Notes: generated from the letters alone by a model not told the origin. 64,000 bases of DNA from Methanomassiliicoccaceae archaeon (GCA_040776945.1 JAXGZN010000001.1:896001-960000); one strand, 5' to 3'. Numbered from the stretch's first letter, positions 48,382-58,462 are shown. Numbers and translations: made by a program.

Positions 48382-49353
48382 ATGACCGCCGGCATCGAAC
48401 TGATCGAGAAGGGAAGGAAGGGCAGAGGCCTCGACAGGGACGAGGCCCTGGCGCTGTTGAAAGGGACCAAGCCGAGGTCGAAAGAGATGTATCAGGCCAT
48501 GCAGGCCGCCGATCAGGTCTCCCGGCGGCAGTTCGGCAACATCGGCGGAGCGCTCGCGCAGGTCGGCGTGAACTGGGGGCCCTGCCCGGCGAACTGCGGC
48601 TTCTGCGCCTTCGCTGAGAGCAGCGGCGTGGTCAAAGAACCATTCCAGCTCAGTGTCGATGAGATATCCGATCTCTCCAAGGGCCTGATGGCCGAGGGGG
48701 CGACCGGACTGTCGATCATGACCACCGCAGATTATCCTTTCAGCTCGGTCCTGGAGATCGGGAGGGCGGTGCGCAAGGCCGCGGGCAAGGGCTTCGCGCT
48801 CGTCGCCAACATAGGCGATATCAGCAGCCGGCAGGCAGCCGAGCTGGGAGAGGCCGGTTTCGCCGGCATATATCATTGCGTTCGCTTGGGGGAGGGCAGG
48901 GACACCGGGCTCGATCCCATGAAGCGCAAGGCCACCATAAGGGCGGCCAAGGACGTCGGCCTCATGGTCTTCTCCTGCATCGAGCCCATCGGGCCGGAAC
49001 ACTCCCCGGAGGAACTGATCGATCTGACGTACGAGCACCTGGAACTGGGAGCGGACGCCCTGGCCACAATGCGACGGTTCGCTGTCCCAGGCACCCCGCT
49101 GGCCGCCAAGGGCACGATCACCGAGGCCGAGCTGGCCCGGATCTCGTCGATCATCAGGCTCGCGTGCGGAGCGGAGATAATATCCTTCGGCAACCACGAG
49201 GCCAGCACGCTACCCCTCATCAGCGGGGCGAACACCATCACCGCGGAGCTGTGGTCGAACCCACGAAAAGGGGAGCTGGAGCGGGTCGCGGGAGCCTCGG
49301 TGGCTGAGGCAAGGCGTAAGCTGTGGGAGGCGGGATGGTCGCTTCTGGCTTGA
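48382..49353 (+). CDS. Radical SAM protein, biotin-synthase-like TIM barrel, function unknown
   Basis: CPANCGFC (CX3CX2C), YHCVRLGEG.DT, EPIGPEH, PGTP, GAN...AE...NPR. Confidence 0.85.
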   Translation: MTAGIELIEKGRKGRGLDRDEALALLKGTKPRSKEMYQAMQAADQVSRRQFGNIGGALAQVGVNWGPCPANCGFCAFAESSGVVKEPFQLSVDEISDLSKGLMAEGATGLSIMTTADYPFSSVLEIGRAVRKAAGKGFALVANIGDISSRQAAELGEAGFAGIYHCVRLGEGRDTGLDPMKRKATIRAAKDVGLMVFSCIEPIGPEHSPEELIDLTYEHLELGADALATMRRFAVPGTPLAAKGTITEAELARISSIIRLACGAEIISFGNHEASTLPLISGANTITAELWSNPRKGELERVAGASVAEARRKLWEAGWSLLA

Positions 49354-49503
49354 GAAAGGAGATCCTCCTGTCAGCGAAATATCTCCTCCCTCCGTGAACG
49401 AGGTCTGTCCCAGAGGATGTGCCAGGGCATGTAAGGGAGGGGGGCTGTGCATTAAGATCCCTTTATAATGGTGCGGTGATATGGGCCAAAGCCCTGTGGG
49501 ACC

Positions 49504-50064
49504 ATGGACCTGCTCACCCTGTTACTCATCGCCTTCGGCCTGGCCATGGACGCGTTCGCAGTGTCCATCGCCAAGGGCATGACCGCCGTACGCGACCGGA
49601 GGAGGACGGCGACCATGCTCTCCCTGCTCTTCGGCGGGTTCCAGGCCCTCATGCCGGTCCTAGGCTACCTGGCGGGCATCGGGCTCGAAGGGTTCATCCG
49701 CGACATCGATCACTGGATCGCGTTCGGGCTGCTCGCATTCATCGGGGGAAAGATGATCCACGACTCCCGGAAGGAGGGGAACGTCGAGGACGGGGCGGTC
49801 ACGCTGTACGCCGGGATCGTTCTGGCCTTGGCCACGAGCATCGACGCCCTAATGGTCGGCCTAAGCTTCGCGTTCTTGGAGATGCCCATCCTAGCGCCTG
49901 CGGCCATCATAGGGGCGGTCACGTTCATCCTATGCTTTCTGGGCTTCGGGTTCGGCAGTCGCCTGGGAAAGGTCTTTGGAACCAGGGTGAGGGCAGTCGG
50001 AGGCACCGTCCTCATCCTGATAGGCGTGCGGATCTTGATCGAGCATCTGTTCTTTCAGGCCTAG
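49504..50064 (+). CDS. mntP: Manganese efflux pump MntP
   Basis: GLAMDAFAVS, FGGFQALMP, DHWIAFGLL..IGGKMI, ATSIDAL.VG. Confidence 0.93.
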   Translation: MDLLTLLLIAFGLAMDAFAVSIAKGMTAVRDRRRTATMLSLLFGGFQALMPVLGYLAGIGLEGFIRDIDHWIAFGLLAFIGGKMIHDSRKEGNVEDGAVTLYAGIVLALATSIDALMVGLSFAFLEMPILAPAAIIGAVTFILCFLGFGFGSRLGKVFGTRVRAVGGTVLILIGVRILIEHLFFQA

Positions 50065-50201
50065 CCTCCCCATCGGCCGTTCAGGCGGCGAGCGATGGGC
50101 TGTGGGACACGGAGGGAGTTACCGCGGCCGCTGGAGCGGGCCTCTAGAGGCGCCCGATGTCTGGTCCATGGGCCGTTCGGGCCCTTAAATGCACCTTGGG
50201 A

Positions 50202-50759
50202 TCAAACCAATTGGGTCAGTCCCGCCTCCAGCCTCACCCTGTTCAGGTCGATGATCTCGCTCCTCTCGAGCAGCGATATCGCCGCCCTATTGCCCAATAT
50301 CTCAACCGCAATTATCTTCTGGGGGCGCTTCAGGTCGACCTTTCCTTTCTGTATCCGATCGGTCAAGGTCAGAACCAGGTCCTCAGAATGTCGCGGATTA
50401 TGCCGCTTGTGCAAATGCATCATCCAGCTCTCATGTTCTCCGATGCCTTCGGCGGCCTCGTTCACCGCGTCGATCATATCCTCGTCGTTGGCGTCCACCC
50501 AAAAGTCTACCGGCACCCAGTGATAGGTGTGGGACAGCATCTCAGGATGCTCCTTGAGCTCAGCTCTGATCGTCCCCACAACTTCCTTGGCGTTCCCGGC
50601 CACCTTGACGCAGAACACACCGTTCACGCTCGACCGGCGGACATCCTCCACCGCCCAGCCCATCTCATCGATCCGTTCTCGCACCTCCTTTTCGGCCAAC
50701 CCTGCCCGGTTGGGTTGGAACGTCACGAGCAGATTGTAGTGTCCCGTCTCAACCACCAC
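50202..50759 (-). CDS. Stand-alone THUMP-domain protein
   Basis: YNLLVTF, PVDFWV, ESW...KR, GKVDLKRPQKIIAVEILG; GTG start ~50759 (the ORF-track extension to 51020 looks non-coding). Confidence 0.8.
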   Translation of the reverse strand: MVVETGHYNLLVTFQPNRAGLAEKEVRERIDEMGWAVEDVRRSSVNGVFCVKVAGNAKEVVGTIRAELKEHPEMLSHTYHWVPVDFWVDANDEDMIDAVNEAAEGIGEHESWMMHLHKRHNPRHSEDLVLTLTDRIQKGKVDLKRPQKIIAVEILGNRAAISLLERSEIIDLNRVRLEAGLTQLV

Positions 50760-51294
50760 ATATACTACGGCAGCAGATCGATATTGATGCTTTTGGTCTC
50801 GCCATCGTTCCCGGACTAACTGATGCGACCGAGGCCGTGTTAGGTTCTTAGACGAGGAGGCAGCCAAGATAGCAAAGGGGGCTAGGAACGCCCAACGGTC
50901 CTCCCGGCCCACCATCGAGAGGTCATCGAAGCTCGACGCCTGAAGCTGGGACAACCACCATGGCCAATTCGGCGGAGAGAAGGGATGGCAAGCACCACCC
51001 AGATGATCCCGGTCGGACATCTAGGAACGTCCAGAGGGCGAAAGGGCGCGTCTCGGACCCTGACCGGGTCTTGGGAGAGGAGACCGCCCCTCCCATTTTA
51101 AGCGCTCATGATGCGGGGAGGGAGCGCTCGTGAGGACCGGGGCCGAGTGTCGCGACCTTCCGGCTTGGCCTCAGGGCCTTGCTCCAACAGGTCACGTTAT
51201 CCGCAGGTCTCCGCATTTCGACGCTTGACGAACAGCTTCTTCGTGGGACAGCAACCTTATTAATCGATGAAGGGGATGCTACCGGCGGGTAGGC

Positions 51295-52416
51295 TTGAAG
51301 AAGGGAAGGCTGATAGGCGCAGGCATAGTAGCGGTCCTTATCATTTTGGCCACGGTGACCGCCTCCCTCTACCTTCCAGGAGGCCGGGACCTGCCTCCTG
51401 CACAGGGAGGGTCCCCGGACGGCAATATCTCTGACAATGATACTAAGGCAACCAGCGCAGGGACCATCCGGCAGGTGATGACCCTCCGCACCGACCTGAG
51501 CGGCAGCTCGTTGGTCGCCGATCGCCCGTTCTTCCTTCAGCTCAGGGACTCAATTGGTCCAGAAGCTAAAAGCAATGTAAGCGCCACGGAGATGCTGACC
51601 ATCAGCGGGATCGGGCCCAAGGAGGTCGAGGCCAGCACATATGAGCCAGGGAGGCCGCTGACCTCCTGGCACCCCATCGATGTCCCGGACGGGTCCGGGG
51701 GGTTGCTGGTCCGATCCGGAAAAATCCATTTCGAGATCGATGATGAAGCGACCGTGCTCATCATGGTGATCATCAGGGCCCCCGGCACATATGAGGTGAG
51801 CGTTAGCGCAAGCGAGGCGATCACCGGAGCAAGCCTTGCCCCTCCTGTGAAGATGAACGTCACCATAGAGGGCTCCGTTCCGTACCTGTTCGAACGCCCG
51901 GCACTTGACGAGGAGTTCTCCGGGAAATGGTCGATATATGTGTTTAACAGCACCTCTACGACGTTCAATATCGGTGCTCGCACCACAGCTCTCTGGAAGG
52001 ACACCGAGAGCTATCCGGCGAGATATGGTTGGACCATCGCCGTTATCAATCCGGACCATATGACCTCCGACATCGATCTGGCGAAGTACAACACTGGAGA
52101 TCCGACACTGGACCCCGCGGACCTGGTCAACACCTCGGTCGATTCGACCTGGAGCTGGGGGGTGGGAAGCCCTCTGCATGTGGTCTGGGACCCCGCGAAC
52201 GGTGTCAGGCTGGAAGGCAGCGCGGTGACCACTCCAACGACCAAGGAGCTTACCCAGGGCGGCACCCGGGCCGCTTGGGCAGATGGCACCTGGGAACCAT
52301 CTGGGAGCGGGGAACTGACCTTTCACCAGGTCGGACACTACATCTTCCTCATCACCCTGACCAAGGACGACAGGGCGGTGTCGGAGCCCCTGATACTCGA
52401 GAGCATAGTGTCCTAG
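51295..52416 (+). CDS. Membrane-anchored/secreted Thr/Ser-rich hypothetical protein
   Basis: Basic N-terminus plus hydrophobic helix, then beta-rich segments (PGTYEVSVSA, VGHYIFLITL). Confidence 0.7.
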   Translation: MKKGRLIGAGIVAVLIILATVTASLYLPGGRDLPPAQGGSPDGNISDNDTKATSAGTIRQVMTLRTDLSGSSLVADRPFFLQLRDSIGPEAKSNVSATEMLTISGIGPKEVEASTYEPGRPLTSWHPIDVPDGSGGLLVRSGKIHFEIDDEATVLIMVIIRAPGTYEVSVSASEAITGASLAPPVKMNVTIEGSVPYLFERPALDEEFSGKWSIYVFNSTSTTFNIGARTTALWKDTESYPARYGWTIAVINPDHMTSDIDLAKYNTGDPTLDPADLVNTSVDSTWSWGVGSPLHVVWDPANGVRLEGSAVTTPTTKELTQGGTRAAWADGTWEPSGSGELTFHQVGHYIFLITLTKDDRAVSEPLILESIVS

Positions 52417-52568
52417 AGGTCTGTCTATGACCGGCCGCGCAACTGTATCAACTGTCTAATTTGATAGAAAAACCAGTCCTCAACAGGCGTTCGGAACGGC
52501 GTTCCTGGGGCTAAATTTCTATATAATATCGCAATTAAGTTAAACACTTCAGAGCACAGGTGTCAAAG

Positions 52569-53726
52569 ATGGTGACGACCGAGAACATAGGTCTCAGGGG
52601 AATAGTTGCCGCCACCACCCATATCAGCATGGTCGACGGGGAGGAGGGCAAGCTGGCATATCGCGGTTATGATATTGAGGACCTCGCCACCAATTCCACC
52701 TTCGAAGAGGTGGCCTACCTGCTCATACACGGTTCATTGCCCACTGCGGACCAGCTGTCGGCCTTCTCCCAGGACCTGGTCGCCCACCGGCGGCTCCCCA
52801 GCGCCTTCATCGCCTCTCTGGACATGCTGCCGTTGAACACCCCCCCAATGGCCATCCTGCAGTCCGGCGTCTCCTTGCTGGCAGGATATGATCCGGACAT
52901 CTACGACGAATCGATGGAGGCGAATCAGAGAAAGGCCATCCGGGCCATCGCGCTCATGCCCACAATCATCGCGGCGTGGAAGCGCCTGAAGAACAACCAG
53001 GGGCCGGTCGAGCCAGACGACTCTCTGCCCCTTGCCGCGAACTTCCTCTACATGATCAGGGGCCGCAGGCCGGCCGAGGAGGCCGCCCGGTTCATGGACG
53101 TTTCAATGATACTGCATGCCGAGCACACCTTCAACGCATCCACCTTCACATCACGCGTCGTTGCGTCCACTGGTGCGGACATGTACGCCTCGCTGGCAGC
53201 GGGGATAGGGGCTCTGTCGGGCCCGCTGCACGGCGGGGCCAACGCCCAGGTCATGAGGAACCTGCTCGATACCAAGGACCCTGAGCTGGTGGAATCATGG
53301 GTGGAGGACCAGTTCAAGCGCGGGAAGAAGGTCTCAGGCATGGGGCACGCGGTCTACAAGACCATAGACCCACGTGCCAGGATACTCCAGAGCATGGCGC
53401 GTTCGGTGGTCAAGGACCATCCTGAGTACCGATGGTACGAGATGACCGAGAGGATGGCCTTGGCCACCCAGGACCTGCTAATGCGGAGGAAGGGCAAGCA
53501 CATCTACCCCAACGTAGACCTGTACAGCGCTTCCGTCTATCATGCCATGGGCATTCACCATGAGTTCTTCCCTGCCGTTTTCGCCATGTCCCGCTCCGCC
53601 GGATGGTGTGCTCACATCCTTGAGGAAAAGTTCCCCTCCCCTCCGGTGAGGCCAGCCCTGTATCGTCCGGAGAGCACCTATGTAGGTCCGTCGAACCGCA
53701 GATACGTGCCTATCGGAGAAAGATGA
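52569..53726 (+). CDS. Citrate (Si)-synthase / 2-methylcitrate synthase family
   Basis: L.YRGY, FEEVAYLL, HAEH..NASTF, GPLHGGAN, GMGHAVY..DPRA, PNVD; ATG 52569 after SD AGGTG; TATA ~52520. Confidence 0.94.
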   Translation: MVTTENIGLRGIVAATTHISMVDGEEGKLAYRGYDIEDLATNSTFEEVAYLLIHGSLPTADQLSAFSQDLVAHRRLPSAFIASLDMLPLNTPPMAILQSGVSLLAGYDPDIYDESMEANQRKAIRAIALMPTIIAAWKRLKNNQGPVEPDDSLPLAANFLYMIRGRRPAEEAARFMDVSMILHAEHTFNASTFTSRVVASTGADMYASLAAGIGALSGPLHGGANAQVMRNLLDTKDPELVESWVEDQFKRGKKVSGMGHAVYKTIDPRARILQSMARSVVKDHPEYRWYEMTERMALATQDLLMRRKGKHIYPNVDLYSASVYHAMGIHHEFFPAVFAMSRSAGWCAHILEEKFPSPPVRPALYRPESTYVGPSNRRYVPIGER

Positions 53727-53760
53727 GGCACGATCATAAGGGCGTGGAGGACGAGCGCTC

Positions 53761-54120
53761 CTACCTGCCCCACAGACCAGCGCGGAAGCGTTCGACCTGC
53801 CATGCCAGCCATTCTTCGCCGCCATCGGTCCTCTCCACCGTCACGGCGATATCGTGGAGGCCCTGCTCCCGAAGCCACCTCTTCACGTTCTGAGAGGTCA
53901 TCATCCTCTGGACCTTGGGGAACATCCTAGCCCACTGTCGGGCCTCCTTAGGTCCACGAACGCCCTCTCTGGCGGCGTTCTCCCTCCAGAGCTCGTACAG
54001 GTCAACGTTGTTGGCGATGGCCGTCCGGAGGTTGATGCACTGAGGTCCGGAGTATCTTTCAAGGTAGTCGCATAGGATCCCGGACACAAAGCTCTCGCTT
54101 ATGCTGTTGAAAAAACCCAT
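53761..54120 (-). CDS. Small hypothetical protein
   Basis: ATG 54120 after strong SD GGAGGT; 119 aa, helical, Trp-rich. Confidence 0.7.
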   Translation of the reverse strand: MGFFNSISESFVSGILCDYLERYSGPQCINLRTAIANNVDLYELWRENAAREGVRGPKEARQWARMFPKVQRMMTSQNVKRWLREQGLHDIAVTVERTDGGEEWLAWQVERFRAGLWGR

Positions 54121-54357
54121 CTTGTCAACCTCCACGCCGTCCCTTTCTTGCCCGTTCATCCCCGCGCAGGGGGATGGCGCTGACGCTCATGTGGTGCGGG
54201 CTAAGACGGCCCGGTTCATAACAATGCCGTGATCGAAATCATAGGCGATAACAGCTTGTCCGGACGGCCGCCGGATGCTCAATGGCCTTTGTTCGATCCC
54301 CCGGCGTCCTGCCCCCAGGTATTTTACCGAGGCGAACCATCACCACCAGTGAGCGAA

Positions 54358-56130
54358 ATGACGGAGATGGTTTGGGACCTGTCGGTACTGGTGAAGAGCA
54401 CGGACCCGGAGCGGATCAAGGAGGAGCTAGGAGAGATGGTCGCCGACCACGCCAGGTTCGCAGAGGCCCACCGGGGCAAGGTGGAAGGCTACGACGCTGA
54501 ACAGCTCGCCGGGATGTTGAGGGCGAAGGACGAGATGTTCCTCAGGCATGAAGGAGCGATGACCTATTGCTCCCTGGCATTCTCCGCTGACCAAAGCGAT
54601 CCTACGGCCAGCTCTTTGAACGACGCCAGCTCCCGCGCGGCAACCGAGGCCGATCAGCTCACAGCGTTCCTTCCAGTGGAGATGGGCCGCCTGCTGGCCG
54701 CCCGACCCGAACTGGTATCGCATCCTGCGTTGAACGATCATCGCCATTACCTTGAGCGGTACCAGCGCATCGCCCCCCATCTCCTGACGGAGGCAGAGGA
54801 GAAGGTGGTCGCCGCCAAGGACCTCACTGGCGTGTCCGCATGGTCAAAGCTGCAGAGCAAGTGGCTTAGTTCCCGCCAGTTCCGTCTTGAGGTGAAGGGA
54901 GAGGAGAAGGTGCTGACCATCGGCGAGATGGTCCCCTATGTCTATGATCAGGAACGCTCGACCAGGAAGGCCGCCTACATGGCCATGGGGACCACTCTGG
55001 GGGTGGACCGGCTTCTGTGGGCGGACGCTCTGACCGCCATATGGAAAGACCACTTGCAGATGTGCCGCCTGCGCTCATATCCTAGCCCCCTGACCTCTAG
55101 CCTCATCGCCAACGATGTGGACGAGAGGACGATCACCACGCTCATGGAGGTCGTAAGGAAGAACGCCTCGGTCTGCCAGCGCTACCTCGGCCTTAAGGCC
55201 CGGCTGCTCGGCCTGGAGAGGCTTGGTAATTGGGACCTCCGAGCCCCCCTTCCCGGAAGCACGGACCTAAAGCGCAGCTGGGAGGAGGCGAGGGAGCTGA
55301 TGGTCTCTGTCTACTCGGACCTGGATGGCCAGATAGGCGGCTGGGTGCGGGACATGTTCGAGAGCCGCCGCCTGGACGGGGAGGTGAGAAAGGGCAAGCG
55401 GACCGGCGCGTTCTGTGATACCTGGGTCAACGGGCGCTCCGCATTCATACTTTCCAGCTACAACTGCCAGCTCAACGACGTGTACACCTTGGCCCACGAG
55501 CTGGGCCATGCCGTGCACGCTTACCTGTACACGAGGGAGCAGAACCCCAGCAACTGCGCCGTCAGCCTTTGCGTGGCAGAGTGCGGCAGCATGTTCGGAG
55601 AACTGCTGCTCACGGAGCGCCTGATGTCCGAGGCATCATCGGACAGCGAGAGGCGCGCGCTTCTGGTGAAGGTCATGAACGGCTTTGTGCAGACGGTATA
55701 CCAGGAGGGGTTCCGGTACTTCTTCGAGATGGACCTGGCGCGGGCGATCGGGGAGGGAAGGTACCTGGACGCCGATGCCATAGCTGACCTGTGGATGAAG
55801 GCCCAGCGCTCTCTGTACGGGGACATAGAGTACCTTCCGGAAACGCGATGGGACTGGGCCCGGTTCCCCCACCACTATTTCGCCGGGATCCGTTTCTACG
55901 AGTACCCTTACGTGTTCGCCCAGTTGTTCGTGTTCGCCCTGTTCCGTCTCTACCGAGAGCAGGGCGCGGCGTTCGTCCCCCGCTTAAAGGCGCTGCTGTC
56001 GGCTGGCTCCAGTCGCTCCCCGGCTGAGCTGGCATCGGAGATGGGGTTCGATATCAGGGAGGAAACGTTCTGGCAGAAGGGCATCGACCAGGCCGAGGAG
56101 TACCTGGCGGAGCTGGAGCGGCTGCGGTAG
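54358..56130 (+). CDS. pepF: Oligoendopeptidase F (M3B metallopeptidase)
   Basis: WDLS.L, GK..GAFC, TLAHELGH..H (HExxH), AE..S.F.E, FY.YPY.F. Confidence 0.92.
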   Translation: MTEMVWDLSVLVKSTDPERIKEELGEMVADHARFAEAHRGKVEGYDAEQLAGMLRAKDEMFLRHEGAMTYCSLAFSADQSDPTASSLNDASSRAATEADQLTAFLPVEMGRLLAARPELVSHPALNDHRHYLERYQRIAPHLLTEAEEKVVAAKDLTGVSAWSKLQSKWLSSRQFRLEVKGEEKVLTIGEMVPYVYDQERSTRKAAYMAMGTTLGVDRLLWADALTAIWKDHLQMCRLRSYPSPLTSSLIANDVDERTITTLMEVVRKNASVCQRYLGLKARLLGLERLGNWDLRAPLPGSTDLKRSWEEARELMVSVYSDLDGQIGGWVRDMFESRRLDGEVRKGKRTGAFCDTWVNGRSAFILSSYNCQLNDVYTLAHELGHAVHAYLYTREQNPSNCAVSLCVAECGSMFGELLLTERLMSEASSDSERRALLVKVMNGFVQTVYQEGFRYFFEMDLARAIGEGRYLDADAIADLWMKAQRSLYGDIEYLPETRWDWARFPHHYFAGIRFYEYPYVFAQLFVFALFRLYREQGAAFVPRLKALLSAGSSRSPAELASEMGFDIREETFWQKGIDQAEEYLAELERLR

Positions 56131-56392
56131 CGTCGCAGAGCCTGCAGCATAGGTCAAGCATGCAAACCACGTTATGAAAGGCCGGCCCCGACCCCATCGA
56201 AGTGCCTCAGACCATCCAGGAGAAGCTCTCTCGGATACATCTGGTCCGCTAAGGCAGCTCCCATCGAGCGCTGAACGCCGATCATGCCGACGGCCTGCCG
56301 GAGGTCCGGAAGTGTGATGATGAGGGCCAGGACCCCGTATAGGGGCCGTTGGCCATCTCCATCGCACCGATGCCGTACCGTCCGGGACCAGA

Positions 56393-57262
56393 TCACATTC
56401 CGGAGGCCGGGCCCTCGACGAACGTGCCGGCCTCGATCTCCTCGAACGCCTGCCTGAGCTCGGCATCGGTGTTCATCACCACCGGTCCTCTCCAGGCCAT
56501 TGGCTCGCGGACAGGCTCCCCCGACACCAGGAGGAAGCGGACCCCTTGGTCGGACGCCCTCACGCGAACGACGTCCCCGTCCCCGAGGACGACCAGGTTC
56601 TCCGGCCCGGCAGCGCTCGCATCACCGAAGGAGCCCACTCCCTGGAACACATACGCGAATGCTGACCGTTTCCGGGGCACCCCATGCTCGAACCGCCCTC
56701 CAGGCTCCATTCGGACGTCCAGGTACTCGATCGGGACCACCAGGTCCTTCACCGGCCCCACCGCTCCGTTGAAGGAGCCGGCGATCACCTTGACCTCGAC
56801 ATCGTTTGAGGGCTTGGTGACCGGTATTGCCTCTCGTCCAATGTTCTGGTACCGGGGCGGCATCATCTTGCTCCTACTGGGCAGGTTGATCCAAAGCTGA
56901 AAGCCCTGCACGCCGTCATCGCCGCGGGGCATCTCCTCGTGGACAATGCCTCTGCCGGCGGTCATCCACTGCACCTCGCCCGGACCGGTGGTCCCTTGAT
57001 TGCCCATGCTGTCACGATGCTCAGTGGAACCCTTGACCATATAGGTGACCGTCTCCATTCCCCTGTGCGGGTGGAAGGGAAACCCTGCTCGGTAATCGGC
57101 CGGGTCATCGGAGTGAAAATCATCTAGCATCAAGAAGGGGTCCAGGTCCGGCAGCTCCTTGGCGTGGAACGCCCTCACCAGGTTGACCCCGGCACCTTCC
57201 ACCGTAGGCCTTGCCCGGCGGACCATGCGTACTGTTCTCACGTTCTCGGTCATTTCGCGCAT
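56393..57262 (-). CDS. Pirin family protein
   Basis: DPFLMLD, FP.HPHRGMETVTY, HRDSMGN, QWMTAG.GIVHEE, GFQLWINLP, GPVVMNT. Confidence 0.95.
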   Translation of the reverse strand: MREMTENVRTVRMVRRARPTVEGAGVNLVRAFHAKELPDLDPFLMLDDFHSDDPADYRAGFPFHPHRGMETVTYMVKGSTEHRDSMGNQGTTGPGEVQWMTAGRGIVHEEMPRGDDGVQGFQLWINLPSRSKMMPPRYQNIGREAIPVTKPSNDVEVKVIAGSFNGAVGPVKDLVVPIEYLDVRMEPGGRFEHGVPRKRSAFAYVFQGVGSFGDASAAGPENLVVLGDGDVVRVRASDQGVRFLLVSGEPVREPMAWRGPVVMNTDAELRQAFEEIEAGTFVEGPASGM

Positions 57263-57343
57263 AGAGCTTGGAGGTCAAGAGGTTGTACAAAGAACTAAGC
57301 GAGAAAGGATGGCCCGGCCCCGATGGTCGGACGCCTCATCACC

Positions 57344-57796
57344 TCACTCGAAGGGCCATATCAGTCTGGTCAGCAGCTTCTCTGGAGGCACCTCCTCGGG
57401 GCTGTTGAGGTACTCCTCCCACATGAAGTCCGCCGGCCTCTTTCCGTTGGCCTTCATCCACTCCATGATGACGTTGTAAGAGCCCATAAGCTTGTCGTAG
57501 GCTCCCTCGTGCACGAGAGTGGCGGCCTTGACCGATGGGAGCTGGAACGGATGGACCCTTCCCTTTGAGACGCCTTCTCCGACGATCGGGAAGCCGATCT
57601 CCATATCGATCTCATCGTCCGACCATGAATGGTAGTACGCAAAGGGCGGCCCAACGCAGCGCACGTCTCTCTCAAGCAGCGGCATGAGCTCTTGGAACAT
57701 ACCTTTCATGGCCTGCGATATATCCCGCGTCCTGACCTTCTCCCTGATGGCGACGGCCATCTGGGGCATAGTGGTGACGACCTTAACATTGCCCAT
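57344..57796 (-). CDS. GyrI-like small-molecule-binding domain protein
   Basis: GPPFAYYH, MEIGFPI, H.G.YD.L...Y, WEEYLNSP, T.LIWP; start ATG 57796. Confidence 0.9.
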   Translation of the reverse strand: MGNVKVVTTMPQMAVAIREKVRTRDISQAMKGMFQELMPLLERDVRCVGPPFAYYHSWSDDEIDMEIGFPIVGEGVSKGRVHPFQLPSVKAATLVHEGAYDKLMGSYNVIMEWMKANGKRPADFMWEEYLNSPEEVPPEKLLTRLIWPFE

Positions 57797-57824
57797 GTGA
57801 TCGGTCTCATATACGCTTCGTCTA

Positions 57825-58097
57825 ATGAAATCATTTGGGAGAGGTGACCGAAACCCTGAACCGGACAAGCGGCCATTAAGATCGCGCTGGGAGACCGACC
57901 TGAACGAAACGATGATGGATGAAACAGCGAGGTGTTGCAGGGCCTGTACAGGCATAAGAAGGGCCGTTCCCCCTCACATGTTCCGCCATGCCAAGCTGAA
58001 CGGCCACGTTGATCGGGACATTGGCCCCTGATGGGTAAAGTGTCCGCCGTACAGACGCACATACGGCCCCTTGCCCCTTAGGAGCATTCCGAGATGA
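57825..58097 (+). pseudogene. Decayed tyrosine recombinase/integrase C-terminal fragment
   Basis: One frame reads ...GIRRAVPPHMFRHAKL...IGP*WVKCPPYRRTYGPL: HxxRH box, then (G>stop)W and a Tyr at catalytic spacing. Confidence 0.6.
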
Positions 58098-58098
58098 A

Positions 58099-58138
58099 GA
58101 AGGAGCGGCGAGATCGGACGGGGCCCGCCCGCTCCTTC
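58099..58138. repeat. 10-bp inverted repeat (hairpin) right after the integrase remnant
   Basis: GAAGGAGCGG (58099-58108) ... CCGCTCCTTC (58129-58138). Confidence 0.5.
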
Positions 58139-58462
58139 ACCCTAGCGGGACCGACCCTTTCATCGGCCTCAGGGCCGGGGACGGGGAGCCTTCGGCGAGG
58201 GCCCGTCATGGGCAGGTGCCAGGACCGGTCAGCTGGAGCGGCGGGAGACGGACGGGCCGCTCCGACCGGTCTGCTCTAAGGGAAGGTAGGCAGGGCGACC
58301 CATGTCCGAGACCCATGCTCAACGGATCAGAACGACATCCTCTCAGAACAGCATCGACCGATCTAACGAACGGTCTCTGGCAGGCCGACTTGGGACAAAT
58401 CGCGCTGTGAAAAGTTATTTATTCTAAGCTACATTAAGCCGTTTACCTAAAAAGGTGTTTAG

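Noticed and set aside
48382-49353. Calling the radical SAM gene bioB or pylB
   Set aside because: Diagnostic motifs and pathway neighbours are missing; kept as function unknown.
49354-49503. Possible yybP-ykoY manganese riboswitch upstream of mntP
   Set aside because: Consensus elements are not recognisable, and a TATA-like TTTATAA at ~49462 implies a leader too short to hold one.
50760-51294. 535-bp spacer with several short GC hairpins as a possible ncRNA or MITE
   Set aside because: No terminal inverted repeats, target duplication, second copy or known RNA motif seen.
56131-56396. 74-aa minus-strand ORF downstream of pirin
   Set aside because: No recognisable motif; may be a decayed fragment but cannot be supported.
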